Source: an uncultured Verrucomicrobiae bacterium
GTDB taxonomy: Bacteria; Verrucomicrobiota; Verrucomicrobiia; Chthoniobacterales; JAATET01
DNA length: 64,000 bases
NCBI GenBank assembly: GCA_963719495.1
Contig: CAVRCI010000006.1
Location: 32,001-96,000, forward strand
Reading direction: 5' to 3'
Shown: piece after piece, positions 55,793-64,000 of the stretch
Numbering within the stretch: the first letter of the stretch is position 1
How the letters are laid out: the number at the start of each line of letters is the position of its first letter
Translations under genes and position numbers: made by a program
The notes under the pieces: model-generated
What the model was told of the DNA's origin: nothing
The model's input: only the letters and a program-made list of their open reading frames with translations
Database searches by the model: none

Positions 55793-56832
55793 CGGGGTTC
55801 GTCGCTGAACTTTTCTTCGGCGCGTTGGAGGGTGAATTGGAGTTCGCGGCGAAGTTCTTCGCGGTCGGGCAGGTAGAGTTGGTATTTCTGCACGAAGAGC
55901 TGGCTGTTCATCTGGTAGGTGGCGTATTCCACGAGCAACTCATCCTTGTGTCGGGAGAGAATGATGCCGATGGGCGGGTTGTCGCCTTCGAGATTCTCCT
56001 CGGTGGCGAAGTAGCCGAGATACATGTTCATCTGGCCGATGTCGTGATGCTCCACCTTGTCCATTTTCAGGTCGAGGAGGACGAAACAGCGCAAAATGCG
56101 ATGGTAGAAAACGAGATCGACGCGGAAGTGGGTGTTGTCGAGGGTGATGCGGTATTGTCGGCCCACGAAGGTGAAGCCTTTGCCAAGCTCCAGTAGGAAC
56201 GGCTGGAGGTGGTCGCAAAGCAGACTCTCCAGTTCGGTCTCCGTAAGGTGAGCGGGTTCCGGGATTTTGAGAAACTCGAAAACGTAGGGATCGCGGAGCA
56301 GTTCCGCTGGTTGCGTCGCACTCTGCCCCTCTCGCGACAGCGCCAAAATCTCTTCCCGATCCTTTCCCGCGGCAAGCCGGAGGAAAAGCGAGGTCCGTTT
56401 CTGCCGCAGCAACTCTTTCACGCTCCATTTCTCCGCGATGGCCTGTTTCTCGTAAAAACCGCGTTCCAATCCGTCATTGATCGAGAGCAACTCGACGTAG
56501 TGCGACCAACTCAATTGTCCAGACAGCGTCTGGACTTTTGGAAAAGCCAGATAAAAGGCCTTCATCGTCATCACGTTGCTGCGGCTGAATCCCTTGCCGT
56601 GCCGGAGGGTGAGATCCCTTGCCAACGTCGCCACCAACCGCTTGCCGTATTCCGCACGAATGCTGCCGCCCTGCTCGAACTCCACAATGTCGCGCCCGAT
56701 CTCCCAATACGTCTGCGTGAGCTGGACATTGACGGCCTGGATCGCCCGCGTCTGGCCGGAGGTGTAAACCTCGGAAATCTTTCCCAGCAGGCGCTGATAG
56801 CCGGTATCGGTATCGGTGGCGAGGTCGCTCAT
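55789..56832 (-). CDS. YhcG / DUF1016 PDDEXK nuclease-domain protein
   Basis: YWEIGR.IVEFEQ, GKGFS, LSWSHY, RDPYVFEFL, LLELGKGF.FVGRQ, GQMNMYL. Confidence 0.93.
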   Translation of the reverse strand: MSDLATDTDTGYQRLLGKISEVYTSGQTRAIQAVNVQLTQTYWEIGRDIVEFEQGGSIRAEYGKRLVATLARDLTLRHGKGFSRSNVMTMKAFYLAFPKVQTLSGQLSWSHYVELLSINDGLERGFYEKQAIAEKWSVKELLRQKRTSLFLRLAAGKDREEILALSREGQSATQPAELLRDPYVFEFLKIPEPAHLTETELESLLCDHLQPFLLELGKGFTFVGRQYRITLDNTHFRVDLVFYHRILRCFVLLDLKMDKVEHHDIGQMNMYLGYFATEENLEGDNPPIGIILSRHKDELLVEYATYQMNSQLFVQKYQLYLPDREELRRELQFTLQRAEEKFSDEPR

Positions 56833-59800
56833 GTCTTGTCGTCCTTGATGACCAGCCAGGTGACGAGTTCGAGGTCGGTCTTTTCGTGGACCTGATCTTT
56901 CGCGTCGGGCAGGACAAAGCCTCGTCCGGATTGCAGACCGGAGGCGGCCCGCTTGCGGAAGGTGGCGGCGAGGGAGTCAACGGCTTTTTTCAGCAGCGCA
57001 TCGTAGGCTTTCATCTCACTTCCATGGTTGGTCTCCTGGTCGAAGACATTGCAGAGCTGGGTGTCGGCTTCCGCTTTCCCGGAGCAAAGGAGGCGGTAGA
57101 TGTCGAGAATCTGCTTCGGGTGGGCGAAGCCGAAGCGGACGTTGCCGTCGTCGAGGACGTAAACGAGGAAGTAGGGATGGAGCGGGTTGATCGACTCGCT
57201 GGGTGTGGGTTTGGTGGCGAGTTCTCCGTCGCGGTGGCCCTCCAACCGGAAGCAGAAGATAACGCCGGGGCCGATGACCTTGTAGTCGGGATGCGGCGGG
57301 ACGCAGGTGTAGAGGCCGAACGGGGCGGCTTCGAGGGCCTCCTTGTTCGCCTCGATGTATTTGAGGAGTTCGAGGCGAAAGTCGTCGAGGGTGAACTCGG
57401 TGAGCGAAACGCTGTCGCCGAGGTCTTCGAGATCGAGAATCTCGTCTTTGAGCCGAAGGAGCTGTTTGTCGCGGTAACGGAGGTCGTCGGAGATGATGTC
57501 CTCGATTTCCTCATTCTTGAGCACGTTATCTTCGAAGGTGGCGGAGAGGTCCACGAGGGCCATGCGGGCCTCGACGCGGTTCTTGAGGTTGATGTATTTG
57601 TTGAGGTCCTCGGTGGGCCAGAAGTTCACGAGGTGGACAACCGAATTGACGCTGCCGATCCGGTCGATCCGACCAAAGCGCTGGATGATGCGGACGGGAT
57701 TCCAGTGGATGTCGTAGTTGATCAGGTAATCGCAGTCCTGGAGGTTCTGGCCTTCGCTAATGCAGTCCGTGGCGATGAGCAGGTCGATCTCACCCTGTTG
57801 CGGCATGGACGGAATTTTGGCGCGGTTTTTGGCTCGCGGAGAAAAATTGGTGAGAATTTGATCGTATGCGCCCTGGCCGAAGGTAGTGCGGGTATCACCG
57901 CCGCCGCAAACGAGGGCCAGATGAATGCCGAGTTCCCCGTGGGCCCATTCGAGGAGTGACTCGTAGAGGTAGGTGGCGGTATCGGCGAAGGCGGTGAAGA
58001 CGAGAACCTTTCGGTTCGGCTCGCCGAGCTTGTTCGTCGTGGGATCTTTGACCTTGGCCGCGATGAGCTTCTTGAGGTCCGCGAGCTTGGCGTCGGTCTC
58101 GGGAGTCACGTCCTGCGCGGCGTTGTAGAGGATACGAAGTTGGTCCTTGTCGCGCTTGAGGGCTTTAAGCCAGCCGTCCTCGCCGTCTAGGCGGAGGTGG
58201 TCCAATCGAAACTTCAGATTGCCGCCCACCTGCATGGCGTCTTCGAGGTCTTCGTCGTGACCAGGGTCGTCGAGTTCCAACTCGAGGTCCTCGGATTCGG
58301 GGCTCTGCTTCGGCAATTCCTGGAAGTTTCTGATCTTCCGTTCGAGGCTCTCGATCTTGGCGATGGTGCGCTCCATCGTGATCTCGAAGGATTTCACGGA
58401 GCTTTCGAGGCGCTTGAGGAAGTTCACCTTCATCATGCCGATGAGGAAGGTTTCGCGCCCCGCCTGGGTGAATGGGAAAGCCCCCGTTTTTTCGTAGTCG
58501 GCTTTGTGCTCGGGCAACACGAAACGCGAGGGATTGAAGAGCGCGAGTTTGTAGCCGGCGATTTCGTCGTTGAGTTTGTCGTAGGAGAGGAAGCGTCCGC
58601 GGAGGTCGATCTCGGGGTAGATGGAGACGGGCTTCTCGCGCTTCGGGAAGCCGCCGAGCTGGGCGATGGTGGCCTTGTAGTATTTCTGAATGTGCTTGCG
58701 CGAGCGGGCGATGGTGACTTCGTCGAGGAGCTTGAAGAAGGCGGCGTTGAGCTTCTCCAGCAGTTCGCCGGTCCTCCGCTCGTGGGTTTGCTTTTTCGCC
58801 CAGACGGAGAAGACCTTTTGCGCGGTGGCGAGGGTTTCTTTGAGGCTGCCGACGCCGATGGATTCCGCGAAGGCGTCGTCGCGGTTCTCGGTGAGGAAGT
58901 AGAGCTGGTTGCGGAGGTCCTTGAGGTCGTTGTTGACCGGGGTGGCGGAGAGGAGGAGGACCTTGGTGCGGACGCCGGATGTGATGATGTCGTCCATGAG
59001 GCGCTGGTAGCGACTTCTGCGGATGATGTTTCCTTCCTCGTCCTTCTTGCCGGGCGTGTTGTTCCGGAAGTTGTGCGACTCGTCGATGACGATGAGGTCG
59101 TAGTTGCCCCAGTTCAACGTCGCGAGGTTGATGTCGCCCGAGTAGCCGGTCTCGCGGCTGAGGTCGGTGTGCGAAACGACATCGTAGCGGAAGCGGTCGG
59201 CGACGAAGGGATTGAGGAGGCTGTTGGCTTTGTAAACCGTCCAGTTGTCGCGGAGCTTTTTCGGGCAGAGAACGAGGACGCGCTCGTTCTTCAGCTCGAA
59301 GTATTTCATGACGGCGAGCGCCTCGTAGGTTTTTCCGAGGCCGACGCTGTCCGCGATAATGCAACCGTTGTGGCGGAGAATTTTGTTGATGGCACCCTTG
59401 GCCCCGTCCTTCTGGAACTCGAACAGCGCTTTCCAGACACCACTCTCGAAGAGGCTGGTCTTGCCGAGATCCGCGTCGGTCTTGCCCGCGTCGCCGAGGA
59501 ACTTCTCGAAGACGTGAAAGAGCGTTTTGTAGTAAATGAACTCCGGCGGGTTGTTCTCGTAGAGTTGCTTGAGGTAGTTCAGGACGTCCTCTTTGACGTC
59601 CATCACAAGGGTTTCGTTGCCCCACAGTTCCTCGAACCATTGCTTGAGTTCCTGACGGTCTCGGTTGCCGTCGACGATGAGGTTCAGCTCGATATTGTTG
59701 CCTGCGTTGCCAAGGCCGAGGCCGCGAACGGTAAAGTTCGAGCTTCCGAGAATGGCGTCCTCCACGCCGCCGGTGGCGACGTGATACATCTTCCCGTGAA

Positions 59801-60167
59801 GGAGATTGGATTGCTTGATGGTCTTGATGTCCACCTTGCGTTTGATCCAGTCGGCGCACTCCCTGGCAACGCGTTTTTGCTGGAGCCGGTTCGAAAGTTC
59901 CAAACCGTCGGCGTCGATGATGAAGGCCTTCTTCTCGGTCTTGTTCGGGTCGAGGCGGTTGACGAAGGACGGCTCACCGAAGAGGAAGTCGAGGTGTCCG
60001 ATGCGCTCGAGTTCTTCTTTGAGGGCGTCGTAGGCGCAGATCGTGAAGTAGGCGGAGACAATGGAGAGTTTCGAGCCGGTCTGCGCTTTCGTCCGCAGGA
60101 AGTCGGCGACGGTTCCGCGAGTGTGGTTGTCGCGAAGGCCCGAGTCGTTTGTTGATGAAGGTGTCAT
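56829..60167 (-). CDS. PLD-nuclease / SNF2-type helicase fusion
   Basis: LHGKMY...GSSNFT (PLD), DSVGLGKT, DESH, SATP, SEGQNLQ, QRFGRIDRIG. Confidence 0.9.
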   Translation of the reverse strand: MTPSSTNDSGLRDNHTRGTVADFLRTKAQTGSKLSIVSAYFTICAYDALKEELERIGHLDFLFGEPSFVNRLDPNKTEKKAFIIDADGLELSNRLQQKRVARECADWIKRKVDIKTIKQSNLLHGKMYHVATGGVEDAILGSSNFTVRGLGLGNAGNNIELNLIVDGNRDRQELKQWFEELWGNETLVMDVKEDVLNYLKQLYENNPPEFIYYKTLFHVFEKFLGDAGKTDADLGKTSLFESGVWKALFEFQKDGAKGAINKILRHNGCIIADSVGLGKTYEALAVMKYFELKNERVLVLCPKKLRDNWTVYKANSLLNPFVADRFRYDVVSHTDLSRETGYSGDINLATLNWGNYDLIVIDESHNFRNNTPGKKDEEGNIIRRSRYQRLMDDIITSGVRTKVLLLSATPVNNDLKDLRNQLYFLTENRDDAFAESIGVGSLKETLATAQKVFSVWAKKQTHERRTGELLEKLNAAFFKLLDEVTIARSRKHIQKYYKATIAQLGGFPKREKPVSIYPEIDLRGRFLSYDKLNDEIAGYKLALFNPSRFVLPEHKADYEKTGAFPFTQAGRETFLIGMMKVNFLKRLESSVKSFEITMERTIAKIESLERKIRNFQELPKQSPESEDLELELDDPGHDEDLEDAMQVGGNLKFRLDHLRLDGEDGWLKALKRDKDQLRILYNAAQDVTPETDAKLADLKKLIAAKVKDPTTNKLGEPNRKVLVFTAFADTATYLYESLLEWAHGELGIHLALVCGGGDTRTTFGQGAYDQILTNFSPRAKNRAKIPSMPQQGEIDLLIATDCISEGQNLQDCDYLINYDIHWNPVRIIQRFGRIDRIGSVNSVVHLVNFWPTEDLNKYINLKNRVEARMALVDLSATFEDNVLKNEEIEDIISDDLRYRDKQLLRLKDEILDLEDLGDSVSLTEFTLDDFRLELLKYIEANKEALEAAPFGLYTCVPPHPDYKVIGPGVIFCFRLEGHRDGELATKPTPSESINPLHPYFLVYVLDDGNVRFGFAHPKQILDIYRLLCSGKAEADTQLCNVFDQETNHGSEMKAYDALLKKAVDSLAATFRKRAASGLQSGRGFVLPDAKDQVHEKTDLELVTWLVIKDDKT

Positions 60168-60389
60168 TGAGCCGTGAAAGTGATCATGCGGACAATCCGC
60201 CCGTCGGGAACGGAGAAACGATCTTCAGGTTTGGCGCTAATTCCTGTCGCGGGAGATATTTTTGGCCGCGAAGAGGGGTGGGTAGTTCCAGAAAATAGAG
60301 AGCGTCCGGGAGCCAGCACAAATGCCAGACGCTGTCAAATTAAGAGTCATCTGGCGAGGAAATCCCGATGAGAGGGAGACGTGGGACAT

Positions 60390-60422
60390 AAAAAAATCCC
60401 GGGGAGCTGGGCTCCCCGGGAT
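60390..60422 (-). terminator. Rho-independent terminator
   Basis: atcccggggagc-tgg-gctccccgggat with a 7-U tract on the minus strand. Confidence 0.7.
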
Positions 60423-60481
60423 CGTTCCGCGTTATTGATGGCTGTCGTGATGTCGAGCATGATGGTGACTCGTTCGTCACC

Positions 60482-60874
60482 ATGAAACCCGGCCCCACCC
60501 CTGAAGCTCGTCTCCGCCATTGCGGCATCGATCTCGATGACGTTGAGGAGAGCTTTGCTCGCAGTAGCGGTCCAGGTGGCCAAAATGTAAACAAGGTCGA
60601 AACCATGGTGAGACTGATCCACCGTCCCAGCGGAATTGCGGTCGCTGCGTCAGAACATCGGTCGCGTGAAATGAACCGCCGGGCTGCTTGGGAACGTCTG
60701 GCAGGAAAGTTCGAGGCCTTGGACGAGGCTCGGAAGCTGGAACGAGCTGCAAAAAGATCCCAAAAACGAGCTCAATCCGGACGGCGACCGCCGGGCGTGA
60801 AGCGGAAGATGCTCGAAGCGAAACGCCGCCGAGGAGAGGCGAAGAAGCTCCGAGGGAAAGTGCAGGACGGCTAG
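60482..60874 (+). CDS. arfB: Alternative ribosome-rescue factor ArfB/YaeJ-like peptidyl-tRNA hydrolase (element-borne)
   Basis: FARSSGPGGQNVNKVET.V.L.H.PSG...RS..MNR; basic tail RRPPGVKRKMLEAKRRRGEAKKLR. Confidence 0.88.
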   Translation: MKPGPTPEARLRHCGIDLDDVEESFARSSGPGGQNVNKVETMVRLIHRPSGIAVAASEHRSREMNRRAAWERLAGKFEALDEARKLERAAKRSQKRAQSGRRPPGVKRKMLEAKRRRGEAKKLRGKVQDG

Positions 60875-62547
60875 CCGGACTTCTTTGGGGCTGATGTTGG
60901 TGGGTTGCGGACGGGGGAGGACATCAGGCGCTGTTTCATTCCGTTCCGGTATTCGATGACGACGTAGGGCCAGTCATTTGCCGGGAGGTTTTCGACCTCC
61001 GTTCCCTTGAATTCCGGCGCGTGGCCGAAGCGGAAGGCGGTTATGGATCGCACGCGGCGCCGAATTTCCATTTGCAGCGCGAGTCGGTTTTTCGGATCAC
61101 CTTCCGAAATGAGGGCTTTGAACTCCACGATGCCTTCGGCGACGGAATTACGGGCGGCAGCCATGTGGTCCCGCTGCTCGTATAGATCGTTCAGCTTGGC
61201 TTCGGTGTCTTCAAGTTCCTGGGCTGCGGCGGCGGCCTTTACCTTCGCGGCTTTCAGCAGCGGGTCCGGCATGTCGGCCATGTTATCGAGAAATTTACCG
61301 ATGTCGGCCTGGAGCTTGGCGGTGTGCATTTCGGTCTCGGCGATTTGGGCATCGAGCTTGTCGCACTCATCGTCTGGGCCTTGGCGGACAAGAGTCGCCC
61401 AGTCGAGTTGCTTTAGATGGTTGAGGACGATCTTTTCAAAATGCGCGTAAGGCCAGAATTGGCTCTTGGTGCCGTCGTGAAGGCTTACATCGGACCGGAG
61501 GTAGCGTTGATCTCCACGGTTGCGAGCCTGGCCCCTTGAAGACTTATCTATATAGTGCATCTTGTTTCCGCTGTAACCGTCGATGACGAGGCCGGAAAAA
61601 AGGTTGTTCGTCCTCAATCCGCGAGGGCCGGTGGGAGCCTTCGGGCGGTTGTGAGCGCCTTGCCAAAGCTCGGGTGAAATGACGGCGGGGTAATATCCCT
61701 CAATGGGAGGTCCATCCGGGATACGGCTGCGGGTTTCGGAGCCGAGGCGGTGAGGCTGGTAGATTCCGAGGGCGGCTTTGTTGTTTAGAAAATACAGGAT
61801 GTTGCTCGACGCTCAACGCGGGCCGTCTCCCCATGTCTGAATGCCTTCGTTGTTGAAGGTCCGGGCGATGAGACGTTTTCCGAGTCCTTTTCCAGCAAGT
61901 TCGAACATCCGAACGAGCAGCGAAGCGCGGTCGGAGATGACGCTGTAGGCCTTGGTGCCGTCCTCAGATTTCGTCAATTCAAGCCAAGCGGGGCAGAGTT
62001 TGCTCTGCGGCGTTTTAGTTTCGGCTGCCACGAGACGCTTTTTTGCCCAGGCTTTGGCGACGCGGTGGCCTTTCATGGCTGACTCCTCATGCGCCCGCAC
62101 CATCATCAGAATCGAGAGAATGAGGTCAGTGGGATTTTGGTTGATGGCGTCGCGGTTGTAAGCCTTCTCGTCTGCCAGCGTAACGATGGTGATGCTGGCC
62201 CTGATGATGTTGGTGAACAACGCAAGCGCGTCCAAGATCTCGGTGCGGCTCAACCGGTCGAGTGATTCCACGAGAAGGGTCGCCCCAGCGGGAATGCGCC
62301 CGGTCTCAATGGCAGTCATGAATCCCGCGAGGGCTCCTTCGGTAGCATTGCGGCCCCGGTATGCACTGACTCCGAGGTCCCTGAGATTCAGGCTGTAATC
62401 AAGGCGAAGCCCGATTACGGCGGCGTATTCCTCGCTTGCTTCGGTTTGGCGCCGCAGGCTGTCGCCCTGCATCTGCTGCAGCGATGAGAAGCGGATATAC
62501 GAAAAGGCTAGGGACCTTGTTTTTGTCGGATGGGTACGATTCTCCAT
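60871..62547 (-). pseudogene. Large serine recombinase with an in-frame TGA at 61813-61815
   Basis: YIRFSS..Q..GDSLRRQ, LVESLDRLSR, RAHEES..K..R; the frame continues past the stop (PR*ASSNILYFLNNKAALG...YYPAVIS.ELW...NLFSGL) into ORF 60871..61617. Confidence 0.85.
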
Positions 62548-62621
62548 CCTGAGCTTCTCCTGTCCTCGCTGGGGCAGGTGAAGCGCTATTTTCTGAGAAA
62601 GTAAACTTTTTTGGAGGATTG

Positions 62622-62647
62622 GGCCAGCACCTGTTGACGTGCTGGCC
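62622..62647. other. Putative attachment (attL/attR) site
   Basis: GGCCAGCAC-ctgttgac-GTGCTGGCC: 9-bp perfect inverted arms exactly where arfB homology stops. Confidence 0.65.
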
Positions 62648-62746
62648 ACCCGGTCCGCTGGCCCGCGCGATGAGGACGTGCAGATCGTCCTCGCGCACGC
62701 CGAGGCGCGCGAGGCGGGGTGCGAATTCATCCGGGATGATGGGCAT
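62633..62746 (-). pseudogene. arfB: 5' fragment (38 codons) of the host arfB, interrupted after GGQHVN
   Basis: MPIIPDEFAPRLARLGVREDDLHVLIARASGPGGQHVN followed by unrelated sequence; high-GC host-like codons. Confidence 0.8.
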
Positions 62747-62836
62747 CGGGCGGAAACTAGCAGACAATGGCCGGGACGAAAAGGGACGCCGTCGTTGACG
62801 CTGGCCCGGCGCACCTGCTACGTCGATTAATCAACG

Positions 62837-63778
62837 ATGCCCGCCACCCACCAAATCGAATCCGACGCCGCCGGGACCCACGACGTCCTGAAGAACGCCG
62901 ACGCCGGCATTCGCCTCGTCGTCGCCCGCACCGGGGCGGAACCGATCAGCCTGGCACGCCGCGCCGCCGATGGGTCGTGGGTGGGATTCCTCCATCGCGA
63001 CGGCGAGACCGGGAAACCGGCGGACGGGTGGGCGAATCACGCGACGGTGATGGGCTACTACCTCCACCGGCTGGTCGAGGAGCGGTCGACGTATCGCGAC
63101 GCGGTCATCACGGGCGGGAATCACGGTTTTCTCCGCAGCTTTGCGTTCGCCGAGCCGACCTTCGACGCCGGGCGCGGCTCGCTCACCTACCACGTGGCCG
63201 CCGCGGACGTGCCGCCAGCCGCTTATCCTCTGCGGGTGGCGCTCGATCTGACCTACCGGCTCGACGGTGAGGCGCTGCGGGTGGAATTCGAATTTCGCAA
63301 CGAAGAACCCGCGACCGAGGCCCACGTGAGCTTCGGGCTGCACCCGGGGTTTGCGGTCACGTCCGTGCTCGACGCGGACGTCATTTTTCCGGCGGGGACC
63401 TTCGTTCGCCACCGCGCGCCCGATAATTTCCTCGATGGCCACACGGAGCGCATCCCCTACGGTGGTGGGCTGATGCCGCTCGCCAAGGACGACCTGCCGG
63501 GCTCGTTCCTGCTGGGACTCGACGAGGTGCCCGACCCGCGGTTCACGCTCCGCGACGAACGGGCGGGACGCGAGGTCGTTTGCGATTTCGCCGGCTGCCC
63601 CTACGTCACGATCTGGAGCGACCTCGGCCCCTTCATTTGCATCGAACCTTGCTGGGGATTGCCCGACAGCCGACCGCAACGACCTTTCGAGGACAAGATC
63701 GGCATCCAACGCATTGCGGCGGGCGGCTCGCTGCGGGCCGGCTTTTCGATTCATCCGCGACTTCTCGACCGATCATGA
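62837..63778 (+). CDS. Aldose 1-epimerase family protein
   Basis: NHGFLR, YP......Y.L, FGLHPGF, FICIEPCWG. Confidence 0.8.
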   Translation: MPATHQIESDAAGTHDVLKNADAGIRLVVARTGAEPISLARRAADGSWVGFLHRDGETGKPADGWANHATVMGYYLHRLVEERSTYRDAVITGGNHGFLRSFAFAEPTFDAGRGSLTYHVAAADVPPAAYPLRVALDLTYRLDGEALRVEFEFRNEEPATEAHVSFGLHPGFAVTSVLDADVIFPAGTFVRHRAPDNFLDGHTERIPYGGGLMPLAKDDLPGSFLLGLDEVPDPRFTLRDERAGREVVCDFAGCPYVTIWSDLGPFICIEPCWGLPDSRPQRPFEDKIGIQRIAAGGSLRAGFSIHPRLLDRS

Positions 63779-63924
63779 TCGTCCAGCTCCTGCTCAAGTT
63801 TCTTCTACTCGTGATTCTGACGTTTCTCTTCGTCGTGCTCTACGACAACGGGACGACCGATTACGCGGCCGCACTGGGGCGCAATTTCGAATCCCTCGTC
63901 GCTAGCTTGGAATCCGGTTCGTAA
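63775..63924 (+). CDS. Small membrane protein
   Basis: ATGA overlap; MIVQLLLKFLLLVILTFLFVVLYD single TM helix. Confidence 0.55.
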   Translation: MIVQLLLKFLLLVILTFLFVVLYDNGTTDYAAALGRNFESLVASLESGS

Positions 63925-64000
63925 AGCTGGACGCCGCCCGAGTTCGAAATTGCTTCCAAACGCCGATTCCGGCAACCTCACCTCAAAGAACGTGAAGACC

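Larger units (their letters stand above)
46982..62647. mobile_element. Putative serine-recombinase-mobilised defence island inserted in arfB (left boundary approximate)
   Basis: Right junction cuts the host arfB after GGQHVN at an inverted-repeat site; adjacent large serine recombinase; cargo with variable, often lower GC; left side meets a truncated gene and an AT-rich tract. Confidence 0.65.

Noticed and set aside
51950..60167. Calling the cassette DISARM or BREX
   Set aside because: No DrmA/DrmB (DUF1998), PglZ or BrxC equivalents were seen.
45432..61815. In-frame stops (TAA 45432, TAG 46543, TGA 61813) as stop-codon reassignment
   Set aside because: Three different codons are involved, and all three end intact genes elsewhere in the window.

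Overview
High-GC bacterial window, most likely Verrucomicrobiota (PEP-CTERM proteins, a prepilin/H-X9-DG protein, PVC-type intergenic repeats). Left to right: (1) a low-GC minus-strand triad of ADP-ribosyltransferase-like toxin, small antitoxin and SecB-like chaperone (CmdTAC-like), abutting a 5'-truncated ATPase; (2) housekeeping and envelope genes (sbtA, TauE, DUF4394, tRNA-Gly, folB, HAD, DUF721, ferredoxin, hemQ, split pqiA/letA with a six-MCE LetB-like protein, three helical-repeat paralogues, creBC); (3) a ~25 kb glycan/uronate utilisation cluster (two GH2, uxaE, GPH transporter, PL22-like, LacI, AraC, GH39-like, PEP-CTERM proteins) with a repeated TTWACGTTAA operator-like motif and a decayed, mosaic right end; (4) a ~15.6 kb defence island (TcmP + DUF5131, PrrC/RloC-like ATPase, Eco57I-like methyltransferase, YhcG, PLD-SNF2 helicase). 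The island ends in a large serine recombinase that appears to have inserted into the host arfB right after the GGQ codons while carrying its own intact arfB; the recombinase now has an in-frame TGA. Many single-base frameshifts suggest consensus errors. All family calls come from motif recognition, not database searches.
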